A stretch of 64,000 nucleotides of DNA from an uncultured Gemmatimonadota bacterium. GTDB taxonomy: Bacteria; JAAXHH01. Where the stretch lies: NCBI GenBank assembly GCA_951812955.1, contig OX638340.1, positions 512,001-576,000 on the forward strand, given 5' to 3'. The position numbers and the translations under genes were made by a program. The notes under the pieces were generated by a model that had not been told where the DNA came from, made no database searches, and saw only the letters and a program-made list of their open reading frames with translations. This document shows positions 9,191 through 19,673 of this stretch, in pieces. Each line of letters starts with the position of its first letter. Position 1 is the first letter of the stretch.

Positions 9191-12100
9191 CTAACACTCA
9201 GCCACGGCTCGTGGATTCAACCCCTCCAACAACGTGTCGATCGTCTGACTGATGGCGGTCTCAGACTGCAAGGTCTCGACCGGAATCGACACGTGCAATC
9301 CTGCCTCGATCCTGTTTCGTAACTCCACGGCCATGAGGGAATCCACGCCCAGGCTGCGCCAGGTCTGCCCGGTCTCCACGCTCCCTGGGTCCACTTCCAA
9401 GATCCGGCTGATCGCATCGGTCACGAATTCCTCGATGTAGTCGCGCATTATGTCAGGGGATAGCGCGCTCAGATCGGCTTTCGATAGGGGTGGAATCGCC
9501 CGTGTCGCCTGCGCTCCGCGAACATCCGGTGGCAGGAACCGGGCAAGAAGCGTATCTGCTTTTGGCTCAGTCGTGGGGATTACGCCGACGCGGTGGACAT
9601 CGCGACGGAGTATTCGATCAAGCAGCGCGCCTGCCTCATCGGGCGGGATCGATCGCAGGCCCTGCCGCCTCATACGATCGACGGCTCGTTCGTCGGTCAT
9701 CATGCCCGTATCTTCCCAGGGCCCCCAGTTTACTGTCGTCACCGGCAGACCCTCCTGACTCCTGAGGTCCGCCAGGCCGTCGAGAAACGCGTTCGCAGCG
9801 GCGTAGGATGCCTGTCCGGCCGTACCGAGCAGGGAGGCCACCGACGAAAAGAGGACGAAGAGGTCCAGTTCGCGGTCGCGGGTAATCGCATGCAGGTTCC
9901 ACGCGCCGACCGTCTTGGGTTCGAGTACCCGGCGGAACCTTTCCGCATTCTGGGTGAGCAAAATGCCATCGTCCAGCACGCCGGCCCCGTGGAAGACGCC
10001 CCTGACCGGTCCGTGCTCGATTTCCAGGCCTGCCAAGAGACCTTCCATCGCATCACGCTCGGTCGCATCGGCCTGAACGTACTTCACTTTGCCGTTGGGA
10101 TCACTTTCCAGTGACGTATCCACATGATGTCTTCGCCCCGTCACGACGACCAGGCCGGCTCCCCGGTCGAGTAGCCAACCCGTCAGGAAGCGGCCGATCC
10201 CACCCGCGCCGCCCGTGACGAGGTAGGTTCCGCCCGGACGAATGATCGGATCATCTTCTCCCAGGGCAACAGGGACGGACGCACCGTCGTCTACGAGCAC
10301 CAGTTTGCCCATGTGCCGCGCCTGCGACATGAACCGGAAGGCATCCCGCGCCTCGGCAAGCGGGTATGCATGGTACGGCAGGGGACGTATGCTGCCATCC
10401 GCAGCCAAGTCGGCGATTTTCTGTAGCATGGCGCCCGCACGGTCCGGCTGTTCCTCGATGAACTGTGCAAGATCGATGGGATGATAGGATTTGTTGCGGT
10501 CGAACCGGTTGAGATCGATGAGTCCATGGTTCAGCACATCGGTTTTGCCGATCTCAATGAAACGTCCGTGGGGCGCAAGTACGGCCAGAGAAGCCATCAT
10601 GGCGGGACCAGACAGTGTGTTCAGGACGATATCCATTCCCTTCCCGTCCGTCTTCTCAATGATCTCTTCTGCGAAGTCCAGGGAACGGGAATCCATCACA
10701 TGCGAAACGCCTATTTCCCGCAGAAAGGCTCGTTTTTCATCAGATCCGGCCGTGGCAAACACCTCGGCCTCTGCCTGACGGGCGAGTTGAAGAGCGGCCA
10801 GCCCCACCCCTCCTGTCGCGTTGTGTACAAGAACGCGGTCGCCGGCGGATATTCCGCCACGTACCACGAGCCCGAGGTATGCCGTCAGGAAGGCCACGGG
10901 CAGCGTAGCGGCTTCTTCGATACCCAGGCTATCCGGCTTCCGGACGACCAGGGCGGCCTTCGCGGTCACGTAACCGGCCATGGCCATCGGCACCATGCCC
11001 ATGACCAAATCACCGACTTCCACAGAGTCAGTCCGGCTTCCGCGTGCAACCACCTCGCCGACGCATTCCCAACCGAAGGAAGGTGGACGCGGCAATGAGG
11101 CTCGCAGCATGCCGAGGGCGGTAAGTACGTCCCTGAAGTTCAGCGCGGTTGCCTGCATGCGGATGACGACCTCGTCCGGTGCTGGTTCACGCTCCCGCTC
11201 CGACACAAAGTGGAGATCGTCAATCGAACCGGGCGTCGACTGTGTAAGTCTGTAACTGGTATTAAAATATGAAGATGCGGAAACACGCTTCGCTTTGGTG
11301 TTTGACAGGTCTAACGGAACGAGACGACGGGTATACAGCTCGGTCTCCCGTACCGCGATCTCGCCGGTCAGTTTGTCCGCGGCCACGATACAGGCGAGAT
11401 GTTCCAAATCGATCTCGTCGGTTCCGGCTGGAAGGTCGATCATCGCACAGTTCAACTCGGGGTGCTCCTGCGCGGCGACCCGTCCGCATCCCCAGATCGT
11501 CCCGAGTTCCGGCTTCGACCGGTCGCCATCAACCACGGACTGGGCACCCGCCGTAATCAACCTCAGGCGGTACGACAGATCGGGACTGTCCAGCACCGCC
11601 CTGACCATTTCAAAGGATTCCAGCGCGGGGCCGGTATGTCGGTTCGACCGCCTGGCGCCTTTTCCAGTCCAGATTCCCACGACGCCGACCGGTTCCCCGG
11701 ATTCGGATCTCACTGAGCCCAGTCTGCCGGCGAGGGCGTCGGCCGGGCTTGCCTTGCACTCACTGGACGCATCGATGAATTCACTCTTCCCGCCGCGTCG
11801 AGCCAGGGCATTAGCCAGGCCGGTTCCGAGTCGCGGGTCCTCCGTAATCACGTACCAGTGCGATGTTGTGCCGGGTTCCACCTGGTCTTCCGGGATTGGC
11901 ATGGCCATCCAGGCTTCCCGGTAGATTCCCTGTGGGTTATCAAGGCCATGCCGGCCTGCGCCTGTCCTGAACAGACCCCCTCCTGCCCGGAACAGGGACA
12001 CGCCTTCCAGTTGTACCACAGGAAGGCCCTTGTCATCTACGAGGTACACATCGGCCAGCAGCCCACCGTCACTTGATTTCTCCCTCAGTCTGGCGTATGC

Positions 12101-15100
12101 AACCAGGACATCATGCTCGTCCGGAAGCTTCTGCAGCACAACGGTTTCCACGCTGACGGGCAGATGCGGATCGTCTTCAGGAACGAGCATCAGCAGGACC
12201 TGCAGACCGGCATCCAGAACACCGGGGTGCAGGCGGTAGGGATTCTGATCATCATCTCGTACGGCCAGGACGGCCAGGACTTCCCGTTCGGAGTACACAA
12301 GCTCGTCAATCTGGCGGAAGGACGGGCCGTATTGAAACCCCAGAGCTGCTGCGCGTTCGTAGAATCGACCGCTCGCGACCCGGCGGTCGCAACGGGATCT
12401 GACGGCTTCCAGTTCTACGCGTTCTGTTATCTCATCTACGCGGGTTCGTTCGGCTAGCATGTTTGACAGCCAGCTCGAACCAGTCTCCTGGGATTCCGGC
12501 CTGGAGGAAAGCGTATACCGGTTCTGCCTGCGTACAACCTGGACGAGATGTGCGCCGATATCTGGCAATAACAGGGGGTTCAGGAGTTCAAGGTCCCGAA
12601 ATGCGACTGGAGCATCCTCCTCGTCGAGGGTCTCGAAGAGCATTTCTATCTGCCCTGCGAGCGGCATGATCGATCGGTCCAGTACGGTGTGATCCGCCAG
12701 CATAGGATGGGAGTCCAGGCTAATCGGCCGTTCCCACACGAAGGTTTCGGGGTCCACGGACGATTCGATGCCGGTACCGATCAATGGGTGCGGGTACTGG
12801 CTTCGCGGGCCACCCGGTTGATTCGTCATCCCGTCCAACCAGAAACGTTCCTTCTGCCAGGGATAGGTCGGCAACGGAACAGGAGTTCTCGGTGGATCCA
12901 CCAGGTGTTGCCATCGTATATCGTGGCCGTGGACGTAACATTTCGCCATGGCTTCGAGCAGGACGTCCCAGGTTCCGCGGTCTCGTCGTAGCGAGGCAAC
13001 CGCGTGCCCCGTCCAATTCAGATGAGCCAGGTTTTCATATATGATCGTCGAAAGCACGGGATGAGGGCCGATCTGGACGAACAGCGCCTCTCCGCCATCT
13101 GGAATCGCTTCGAATGAACGGCTGAACAGGACGGGACTCCGGATATTTCGCCACCAGTGATCCGCGTCGAGGTCCATTCCTTCAACCCGCGTACCCGTGA
13201 CCGTCGAGAACAGAGGTACGTGGGATTTCGAGGGAGACAGTCCATTCAGGGACGCCAGGAAATCGTCGCGGATCCCGTCCATTTGCCTGCTGTGATAGGC
13301 GATATCCGTATGTAGTTTGCGGCAGAAAATCCGTCGTCCATCCAACTCCGCCTGTAACCGGTCGATAGCCGCGGTCTCCCCGGATATGGTCACGGAAACC
13401 GGACTGTTGACCGCAGCAACGGACAGGCTGTCTCCGAAGGGTTCTATGGCCTCTTCCGCCTCGTCCGGCGACAGGCCCACCGCAAGCATCTCGCCCCGTC
13501 CCTGCCACGCCTTCTGCAGCCTGCTGCGCTGGTATATGATGCGAACGCCCTCTTCCAGGGAAAGGGCGCCCGCGACACAGGCTCCGGTGATTTCCCCGAC
13601 GCTGTGGCCAATGACGAACCGCGGCTCAATACCAAAGGACCGCCATAGGGCCGCCAGGGCCCACTGCAGCGCCATGTTGGCGGGCTGAGCGATCTCGACG
13701 CCGGTGATGCGCTCCCCGGCTGCACCGCGCCACATCTCATCCTTAATGGAATTTCCCGCAGCTGCCGAGTACAGGCGGTCGAACTCGTCCAGGGCTTCGC
13801 TGAACGGGGGCGCCGAATTATAGAGCGCCCGCCCCATACCGAACCACTGCGGCCCCATGCCGGTGAAGACGAAGACGACAGGTGTGGGATGCGATCCGAC
13901 ACGTGCCGTCTCGAACCGATCTGGGATGCCGCCTGCACGAAACGTCTCAAGGCCCTGCGCCGCCCCCCCGGCCTCCTCGAACACCAGGCCAAGGCGGTGG
14001 TCCAGATGGGACCTGTACAGGGCGAGCGCGGCCGCCAGATCGTCGGGTGGCGTATCGGGTTGGCTTCGGAGCAGAGATACTGTATCCGACGCCTTTTGCT
14101 TCAGCGCGGCGGCGTTATGGGCGGACAGGACCAGGAGCCGGGTAGCGCGCTGATCGTCCGTACGGCACGGGTCGGACGTGCCGGGTGAACCGCCCGATTC
14201 GACTTCCGCCGGGCCAGGCGGGGATCCCAGCACCACGTGGGCGTTGGCACCGCCGAATCCGAAGGAATTAACCCCGGCGTAACAGGATACGGGGATGTTT
14301 TCCGGTTCGGTGACCACCTTTAGCCCGAGCGCTTCAAAGGGTATATCGGGGTTTGGCTGATCGAAATGCAGGGAGGGCGGCAGGACGCCATGTTTCAGGG
14401 ACAGCGCTGTTTTGATGAGTCCGGCGACGCCGGCCGCCGCCTCGGCATGGCCGATATTGGTCTTCACCGACCCGATCAGGCAACCGGTGGATCCCGTGGC
14501 ACGGCCGATGGCCATGGCTTCCACGGGGTCGCCAGTGGGCGTTCCCGTACCGTGAGCTTCTACGAAGGCCAGGCGTTGCGCGTCCACGCCACCGGCCCGG
14601 GCGGCCGACTCGATGACGGTTTGCTGAGCGTTCTGGTCAGGTACGGTAAGCCCGCGCCCTTCCTGGCCACGCCCGTCCTGGTTTATCGCGGAGCCGAGAA
14701 TGACCGCGTAGATCGGATCGTCGTCCTCCACCGCGTCGGACAGGCGTTTCAGCACGACGATTCCCGCGCCGTCGCTCCGTCCGTACCCGCTCGCCCCCTG
14801 GTCGAAGGCCCTGCAGCGCCCATCCGGCGACAACATTTGCGCCTGTTGAAAGCCGCGCGTCGTCTGCGGAGTCAGGAGGAGATTCGCGCCACCGGCAAGT
14901 GCGGCCGAACAGATACCGGCCTGTATATCCCTGCAGGCCAGGTGAACGGCGGTCAGCGAAGAAGAACAGGCCGTATCCACCGCGATACTCGGGCCCTTCA
15001 GATCCAGGAAGTAGGAGATCCGGTTCGCCGCGATACTCAGCGTGCCACCCGTATTGGTGTGCATGCCGACGGCTGACGGCGCCGCGTACCGCTGCAGGTC

Positions 15101-15478
15101 CCAGTATTCGTCCAGGAAGATCCCCATGTACACGCCAACGGGCCGGCCTTCAAGCTTCGCCGGCGGAATCTGCGCGTCTTCCAGCGCTTCCCAGGCAAGT
15201 TCGAGCAGGACGCGCTGCTGGGGATCGATGTGGCGGGCTTCCCGTGGCGAGATATTGAAAAACGCTGCGTCGAATCGGTCGATCTCGTCGACGAACCCGC
15301 CATGGGCGGGATAGTCTTTATGGCCCGTCCACGGTTCCCACAGCGATTTGCGCTCATCCGGCACGGCGCGTATGGCGTCACCGCCGTTCAGGACGAATTC
15401 CCAGAAAGATCGGGGCGAAGATATCTCCCCGGGAAAACGGCAGGCGATACCTGTTATGGCAATGGGTTCACCGGACAT
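9191..15478 (-). CDS. Type I polyketide synthase, single fully reducing module KS-AT-DH-ER-KR-ACP, no thioesterase or reductase release domain
   Basis: KS: IAITGIACRFPG, DTACSSS, HGTGT. AT: GHSVGE. DH: HPLIGTGIESSV...P. ER: MDR-type GGVGLAALQLA. KR: LVTGGAGGIGRFLTGWL. ACP: LGVDSLMAVELRN. The start overlaps the preceding gene by 11 nt. Confidence 0.9.
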   Translation of the reverse strand: MSGEPIAITGIACRFPGEISSPRSFWEFVLNGGDAIRAVPDERKSLWEPWTGHKDYPAHGGFVDEIDRFDAAFFNISPREARHIDPQQRVLLELAWEALEDAQIPPAKLEGRPVGVYMGIFLDEYWDLQRYAAPSAVGMHTNTGGTLSIAANRISYFLDLKGPSIAVDTACSSSLTAVHLACRDIQAGICSAALAGGANLLLTPQTTRGFQQAQMLSPDGRCRAFDQGASGYGRSDGAGIVVLKRLSDAVEDDDPIYAVILGSAINQDGRGQEGRGLTVPDQNAQQTVIESAARAGGVDAQRLAFVEAHGTGTPTGDPVEAMAIGRATGSTGCLIGSVKTNIGHAEAAAGVAGLIKTALSLKHGVLPPSLHFDQPNPDIPFEALGLKVVTEPENIPVSCYAGVNSFGFGGANAHVVLGSPPGPAEVESGGSPGTSDPCRTDDQRATRLLVLSAHNAAALKQKASDTVSLLRSQPDTPPDDLAAALALYRSHLDHRLGLVFEEAGGAAQGLETFRAGGIPDRFETARVGSHPTPVVFVFTGMGPQWFGMGRALYNSAPPFSEALDEFDRLYSAAAGNSIKDEMWRGAAGERITGVEIAQPANMALQWALAALWRSFGIEPRFVIGHSVGEITGACVAGALSLEEGVRIIYQRSRLQKAWQGRGEMLAVGLSPDEAEEAIEPFGDSLSVAAVNSPVSVTISGETAAIDRLQAELDGRRIFCRKLHTDIAYHSRQMDGIRDDFLASLNGLSPSKSHVPLFSTVTGTRVEGMDLDADHWWRNIRSPVLFSRSFEAIPDGGEALFVQIGPHPVLSTIIYENLAHLNWTGHAVASLRRDRGTWDVLLEAMAKCYVHGHDIRWQHLVDPPRTPVPLPTYPWQKERFWLDGMTNQPGGPRSQYPHPLIGTGIESSVDPETFVWERPISLDSHPMLADHTVLDRSIMPLAGQIEMLFETLDEEDAPVAFRDLELLNPLLLPDIGAHLVQVVRRQNRYTLSSRPESQETGSSWLSNMLAERTRVDEITERVELEAVRSRCDRRVASGRFYERAAALGFQYGPSFRQIDELVYSEREVLAVLAVRDDDQNPYRLHPGVLDAGLQVLLMLVPEDDPHLPVSVETVVLQKLPDEHDVLVAYARLREKSSDGGLLADVYLVDDKGLPVVQLEGVSLFRAGGGLFRTGAGRHGLDNPQGIYREAWMAMPIPEDQVEPGTTSHWYVITEDPRLGTGLANALARRGGKSEFIDASSECKASPADALAGRLGSVRSESGEPVGVVGIWTGKGARRSNRHTGPALESFEMVRAVLDSPDLSYRLRLITAGAQSVVDGDRSKPELGTIWGCGRVAAQEHPELNCAMIDLPAGTDEIDLEHLACIVAADKLTGEIAVRETELYTRRLVPLDLSNTKAKRVSASSYFNTSYRLTQSTPGSIDDLHFVSEREREPAPDEVVIRMQATALNFRDVLTALGMLRASLPRPPSFGWECVGEVVARGSRTDSVEVGDLVMGMVPMAMAGYVTAKAALVVRKPDSLGIEEAATLPVAFLTAYLGLVVRGGISAGDRVLVHNATGGVGLAALQLARQAEAEVFATAGSDEKRAFLREIGVSHVMDSRSLDFAEEIIEKTDGKGMDIVLNTLSGPAMMASLAVLAPHGRFIEIGKTDVLNHGLIDLNRFDRNKSYHPIDLAQFIEEQPDRAGAMLQKIADLAADGSIRPLPYHAYPLAEARDAFRFMSQARHMGKLVLVDDGASVPVALGEDDPIIRPGGTYLVTGGAGGIGRFLTGWLLDRGAGLVVVTGRRHHVDTSLESDPNGKVKYVQADATERDAMEGLLAGLEIEHGPVRGVFHGAGVLDDGILLTQNAERFRRVLEPKTVGAWNLHAITRDRELDLFVLFSSVASLLGTAGQASYAAANAFLDGLADLRSQEGLPVTTVNWGPWEDTGMMTDERAVDRMRRQGLRSIPPDEAGALLDRILRRDVHRVGVIPTTEPKADTLLARFLPPDVRGAQATRAIPPLSKADLSALSPDIMRDYIEEFVTDAISRILEVDPGSVETGQTWRSLGVDSLMAVELRNRIEAGLHVSIPVETLQSETAISQTIDTLLEGLNPRAVAEC

Positions 15479-16295
15479 GACTCAGGGGTCTTCGAAAGGT
15501 CCATTCGGCGTTTCCGTACCGGGTTCTGACCAGCTCCTCGGTCGCGTGCCGTTCTTCATCGTTCAGCACGTCCCTTCGTCCTTCGAGGTTGAAATGTTCC
15601 ATGAACGACCGGGAAAGGCCGTCGGCCCATTCCTCGAAAGTCGGTAGACCGGAAGTCAATTCAGAAACGGTTATGGTCCGCTGATCCAGCAACCGGGCGA
15701 TGGTCTCCCGGCGTTGCTGGTCCTGGGAAGGTATCAGCAAAGGCAGTCTTTTGTGTCCCGGTCCCAGCAGGACGGATCCGTGGTGCAATACCCGTCCACC
15801 CGACCGGCGCTGGGCGCTTCCAGCCAGTTTTCTGCCTCGCGCTGTAATCTCGTAACGTCCCGTGGCCGTGAAGCATACGTCGCTATTGCCTCCAATGCCA
15901 CAGCTTGCTTCCAGCGCCGGATCTGCCGGGATTCCGAAGTGCCGTAACGTCCTGGCCAGCGCTTCCCCGGCCCCGCGGAACATAGCGCCGGACAGGGTAT
16001 TCATTGCGGGATGGGATTCCGGAAACACCAGGCTGTACGTCAGTTCCTGGTCATGCAGCACCGTGCGCCCACCGGTGATCCGGCGGACCAGGTCGATGCC
16101 ATACCGGTCGCATCGGCCGGGGTCGACCTCGTCTTCCACGTCTTGTCCATATCCGACGGACACAGCCGGAGGATGCCATGTGTAGATGCGCAGCGTCATC
16201 ATCTTCGTGTCCCGCCGGCACGCGCCGAACAGCGCTTCATCGACGGCCATGTTGTAAGCGGCGGAACACCCGGGGGAGGTCAGTATGCGGATCAT
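15468..16295 (-). CDS. Lipoate-protein ligase / octanoyltransferase family protein (BPL_LplA_LipB catalytic domain; LipM/LplA-like)
   Basis: NMAVDEAL motif, RRITGGRTVLHD motif (cf. LplA RRxSGGGAVxHD) and GRKLAGSAQRR (catalytic Lys motif). The start ATG overlaps the rnc stop (ATGA). Confidence 0.75.
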   Translation of the reverse strand: MIRILTSPGCSAAYNMAVDEALFGACRRDTKMMTLRIYTWHPPAVSVGYGQDVEDEVDPGRCDRYGIDLVRRITGGRTVLHDQELTYSLVFPESHPAMNTLSGAMFRGAGEALARTLRHFGIPADPALEASCGIGGNSDVCFTATGRYEITARGRKLAGSAQRRSGGRVLHHGSVLLGPGHKRLPLLIPSQDQQRRETIARLLDQRTITVSELTSGLPTFEEWADGLSRSFMEHFNLEGRRDVLNDEERHATEELVRTRYGNAEWTFRRPLSHVR

Positions 16296-17119
16296 GACCC
16301 TTCGCTGTCCCGGGCGGACTGCAACCGCTCTACTGCCTGCCGCGCCGCGTCCTGCTCCGCGTTCTTCTTGCTGGTTCCGGTGCCTTTGCTGACGGCGTTT
16401 CCGGCTACGAAGACCTCGATTGTAAAGACTTTCTCATGGTCGGGGCCGACGGCGGAATCGATGCGGTATTCCGGCTGCCCGATGCCTTCGCCCTGCGTAA
16501 ATTCCAGCAGCGCGCTCTTGTAGTTGCGCGAGTCATCGTCATCGGTGGGACGTTCATCGTTCAGTTCCTGCAGCAGGGTTCGATGCAGGAAGCGCCTGAC
16601 CGGCTGCAGCCCGCCGTCCAGGTATATGGCGCCGATGATGGATTCGTAGGCGTCAGACAGGATCGAGTGGCGAAAACGGCCGCCTGAACGCGCTTCGCTG
16701 GAACTCAGCAGCACGAAGCGCCCGAGTTTCATTTCCCGGGCCTGCCGGGCGAGCGCCTTGCGGTTAACCAGCGTGGAACGGAGCTGCGTCAACTGCCCCT
16801 CGCGGCACCTCGGGTACTTATCGTATATGAACTCGCCCACGACGAGATCCAGCACCGCGTCGCCCAGGAACTCCAGCCGTTCGTTGGAGTAAACTCCGGA
16901 CTGCTCCCGGGAATACACGTAGGAACGGTGTTTGAGGGCAGTTATCAGGTAATCGGGGTTCTTGAAACGGTAGTTGATATACTTCTGTACCTGGCGTGCG
17001 TTTTCCCGTTCGGCTGCGGTCCGGTTCACGGCGTTGCGGGATGCGCCGCGTTTCAGGCGGAAAAACAGGGTCGCGGCCACGCGCCGTAGTTTTTGCAGGA
17101 TAGGATGCCGTTTCGACAC
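16292..17119 (-). CDS. rnc: Ribonuclease III
   Basis: RNase III signature ERLEFLGDAVLDLVV, a C-terminal dsRBD and a GTG start. Confidence 0.85.
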   Translation of the reverse strand: MSKRHPILQKLRRVAATLFFRLKRGASRNAVNRTAAERENARQVQKYINYRFKNPDYLITALKHRSYVYSREQSGVYSNERLEFLGDAVLDLVVGEFIYDKYPRCREGQLTQLRSTLVNRKALARQAREMKLGRFVLLSSSEARSGGRFRHSILSDAYESIIGAIYLDGGLQPVRRFLHRTLLQELNDERPTDDDDSRNYKSALLEFTQGEGIGQPEYRIDSAVGPDHEKVFTIEVFVAGNAVSKGTGTSKKNAEQDAARQAVERLQSARDSEGS

Positions 17120-17158
17120 GGTAATCCCCGGAACACGTTCGAGGCGTTTCGGAGGACG

Positions 17159-18445
17159 TTACGCCGTGTACTTCTTTACCACGAGTGTTACGTTATGCCC
17201 ACCGAATCCGAATGAATTGGTCAAGGCCGCCCGTACTTCCCGTTCCCTGCCGGTGTTGGGAACGTAGTCCAGGTCGCAATCGGGATCGGGTACCTCGTAG
17301 TTGATGGTAGGATGGACGAAATCGCGGGCGACGGACAGTGTGGTCGCGATGAACTCTACTCCTCCTGAAGCTCCGAGCAGATGACCGACAAGTGACTTCG
17401 TGGAGCTGATGGCGAGACTTTTCGCGTGTTCACCAAAGACCTTTTTGATGGCCAGGGTTTCAATGCGATCGTTAAAGGGAGTGGACGTTCCGTGGGCGTT
17501 GATATAATCGATCCCGTCCGCGTCCAGCCCGGCGTTCTGCAATGCCAGTTTCATGGATCGCATAGCGCCTTCGCCGGATTCATGGGGCTGTGTGATATGA
17601 AAGGCATCCGCTGTCGCGGCGTAACCTGCCAGTTCGGCGTAGACAGTCGCATTGCGCCGCCGCGCGTGCGACAGGGTCTCGAGGACGACTATGCCCGCGC
17701 CTTCACCCAGGACGAATCCGTCCCTTTCGGCGTCGAAGGGCCGGCTGGCCCGCTCCGGTTCATCGTTGCGGAGTGAAAGGGCCCGCATATTGCTGAACCC
17801 GGCCACGGCCATGGGCGAAATGCTGGCTTCCGTGCCGCCGGTGATCATTACGTCGGCGTCCCCGTGCTGCAGGATCCGGAAGGCGTCGCCAATTCCGTGG
17901 GCGCCGCTGGAACAGGCCGATACCGTGGTGTAATTGGGTCCTTTCAAACCGTGTATCATCGAGATATAGCCGGGGGCCATGTCCGCGATCATCATCGGGA
18001 TGAAAAAGGGGCTCACGCGCCCCGGACCCTTGTTCACCAGGTTCGAATGCTGGTTCTCGAAGGTCCAAATGCCTCCGACGCCCGTACCCATGACCACCCC
18101 GATGCGTTCCCGGTCCTCTACATCGAGGTCCAACCCGGAGTCGTCGATCGCCATCTGCGCCGCAATGACCGCGTACTGGACGTTTTCGTCCATGCGCCGC
18201 ACTTCCTTCCGGTCGATGTAATCTGCCGCGTTGAAATCCTTCAACTCGGCGGCGATTTTCGCCGGAAAGGCGTCCACATCGAACTTGGTTATGGGCCCTA
18301 TGCCGCTTTGGCCGCTGCAAAGGGCATTCCAATAGGTATCGAGCCTGAGACCCACGGGGCTCAGGACGCCCATACCGGTGACGACTACGCGCTCGGCCAC
18401 GCCGATCCTCCCGAATTCAACCGGTCGCATTTCCAGGGACTGCAT
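17159..18445 (-). CDS. fabF: 3-oxoacyl-ACP synthase II (KAS II)
   Basis: RVVVTGMG, active-site Cys in TVSACSSG, and HGTSTP / NSFGFGGHN motifs. The true start may lie a few codons inside the track ORF. Confidence 0.9.
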   Translation of the reverse strand: MQSLEMRPVEFGRIGVAERVVVTGMGVLSPVGLRLDTYWNALCSGQSGIGPITKFDVDAFPAKIAAELKDFNAADYIDRKEVRRMDENVQYAVIAAQMAIDDSGLDLDVEDRERIGVVMGTGVGGIWTFENQHSNLVNKGPGRVSPFFIPMMIADMAPGYISMIHGLKGPNYTTVSACSSGAHGIGDAFRILQHGDADVMITGGTEASISPMAVAGFSNMRALSLRNDEPERASRPFDAERDGFVLGEGAGIVVLETLSHARRRNATVYAELAGYAATADAFHITQPHESGEGAMRSMKLALQNAGLDADGIDYINAHGTSTPFNDRIETLAIKKVFGEHAKSLAISSTKSLVGHLLGASGGVEFIATTLSVARDFVHPTINYEVPDPDCDLDYVPNTGREREVRAALTNSFGFGGHNVTLVVKKYTA

Positions 18446-18473
18446 AGGAACAAGGACCGGGCCTTGAGATGAA

Positions 18474-18704
18474 TCAGCCGTCTACATTGGCCTGGAGATA
18501 CTTGATCGCGTCACTAACCGTGACGATCTTTTCGGCGTCCTCGTCGGGAATCTCGAGATCGAATTCCTCCTCGAGCGCCATGACGAGTTCGACCGTATCG
18601 AGCGAGTCGGCGCCCAGGTCGTCGGTAAACGAGGCATTGTCGGTAACCTGGTCACCGTCAACGCCAAGTTGCTCGGCGATGATCTCCTTTACGCGATCTT
18701 CCAT
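18474..18704 (-). CDS. acpP: Acyl carrier protein
   Basis: [19 protein letters not shown] phosphopantetheine-attachment motif. Re-started at the ATG at 18704 (MEDRVKEII), preceded by AGGAGG. The track ORF has a 19-aa artefactual N-terminus. Confidence 0.9.
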   Translation of the reverse strand: MEDRVKEIIAEQLGVDGDQVTDNASFTDDLGADSLDTVELVMALEEEFDLEIPDEDAEKIVTVSDAIKYLQANVDG

Positions 18705-18791
18705 CTTCTTTCCTCCTGTCCGTATGAATTGTTGGCTTTCTTGACTACATGTTGAAATCAAATTCCCGCTTCAGTTGCGAATGATCTATTT

Positions 18792-18870
18792 GTTTGCTCG
18801 ACTGTTTGCTCAATTGTGAGCTCGACGGTGAGCTCAATTGTCTGCTCAACTGTCTGCTCGTTCGGTTTGC
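18792..18870. promoter_or_regulatory. Six tandem 12-bp units rich in short palindromes (GAGCTC, CAATTG) in the acpP upstream region
   Basis: Units TTTGCTCGACTG / TTTGCTCAATTG / TGAGCTCGACGG / TGAGCTCAATTG / TCTGCTCAACTG / TCTGCTCGTTCGG read directly, 90-165 nt upstream of the acpP start on the minus strand. Confidence 0.5.
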
Positions 18871-18887
18871 TGTAGATTGTTTTGCAC

Positions 18888-19631
18888 CTACATCCCCATG
18901 CCGCCGTCGACACGCATTACCTGCCCCGTGATGAAGGCGGCGTCGTCGGACGCCAGGAACGTCGCGATGCCGGCCACGTCGTCGGGTTGCCCGGCCCGGG
19001 ATAACGGTGTGGCGTCCAGGAACGCGGCCCGCACCGTTTCGGGAAGCGACTCCGTCATGGCTGTTTCGATAAACCCCGGTGCGATCGCATTGACCGTGAT
19101 CCCCCGGCTTCCGACCTCCTTCGCCACCGACTTGGTGAATCCGATGATACCAGCCTTGGAGGCAGAATAGTTGGCCTGTCCCGCGTTACCCGTGAGGCCG
19201 ACGATCGAGGTCATATTGATGATCCTGCCGCTCCGCTGTCTCATCATTTGCCGGATGACCGCCTGGGTGCAAATGAACACGCCGCCCAGGTTGACGTGCA
19301 TGACTTCGTCCCAGTCGGCCTGTTTCATACGCATCAGCAGCGTGTCCCGGACCGTGGCCGCGTTGTTGACCAGTACGTCGATGGAACCGTAAGTCTCGAC
19401 CACGCCGTCGATCAGGTCTTTCACGCTGTCCCGGTCGTCTATGCGAACAGCCAGGCCTCGGGCTTCGCCACCTTGTTGCTTCAGCGCTTCGGCGGCTTCC
19501 TCGGCCTTGGTCCCGTCGCGGCTCGTAATGATTACCCGGGCGCCTTCTGCGGCGAACCGTTCGGCGACGGCGGAACCGATCCCCTGCGCTCCGCCCGTAA
19601 CGACGGCAACTTTGCCACTTACGCCGCGCAA
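18888..19631 (-). CDS. fabG: 3-oxoacyl-ACP reductase
   Basis: KVAVVTGGAQGIGSAV, NNAA motif and YSASKAG. TTG start with AGGAG 10 nt upstream. Confidence 0.9.
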   Translation of the reverse strand: MRGVSGKVAVVTGGAQGIGSAVAERFAAEGARVIITSRDGTKAEEAAEALKQQGGEARGLAVRIDDRDSVKDLIDGVVETYGSIDVLVNNAATVRDTLLMRMKQADWDEVMHVNLGGVFICTQAVIRQMMRQRSGRIINMTSIVGLTGNAGQANYSASKAGIIGFTKSVAKEVGSRGITVNAIAPGFIETAMTESLPETVRAAFLDATPLSRAGQPDDVAGIATFLASDDAAFITGQVMRVDGGMGM

Positions 19632-19673
19632 ATCAGGAACTCCTGTGGATAACTGCAGTTTAGCGCTCTGTCA

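Noticed and set aside
17760-18472. Overlapping ORFs of 190 aa and 202 aa within or antisense to fabF
   Set aside because: These are alternative-frame artefacts. The fabF frame has the KAS active-site Cys and His motifs.
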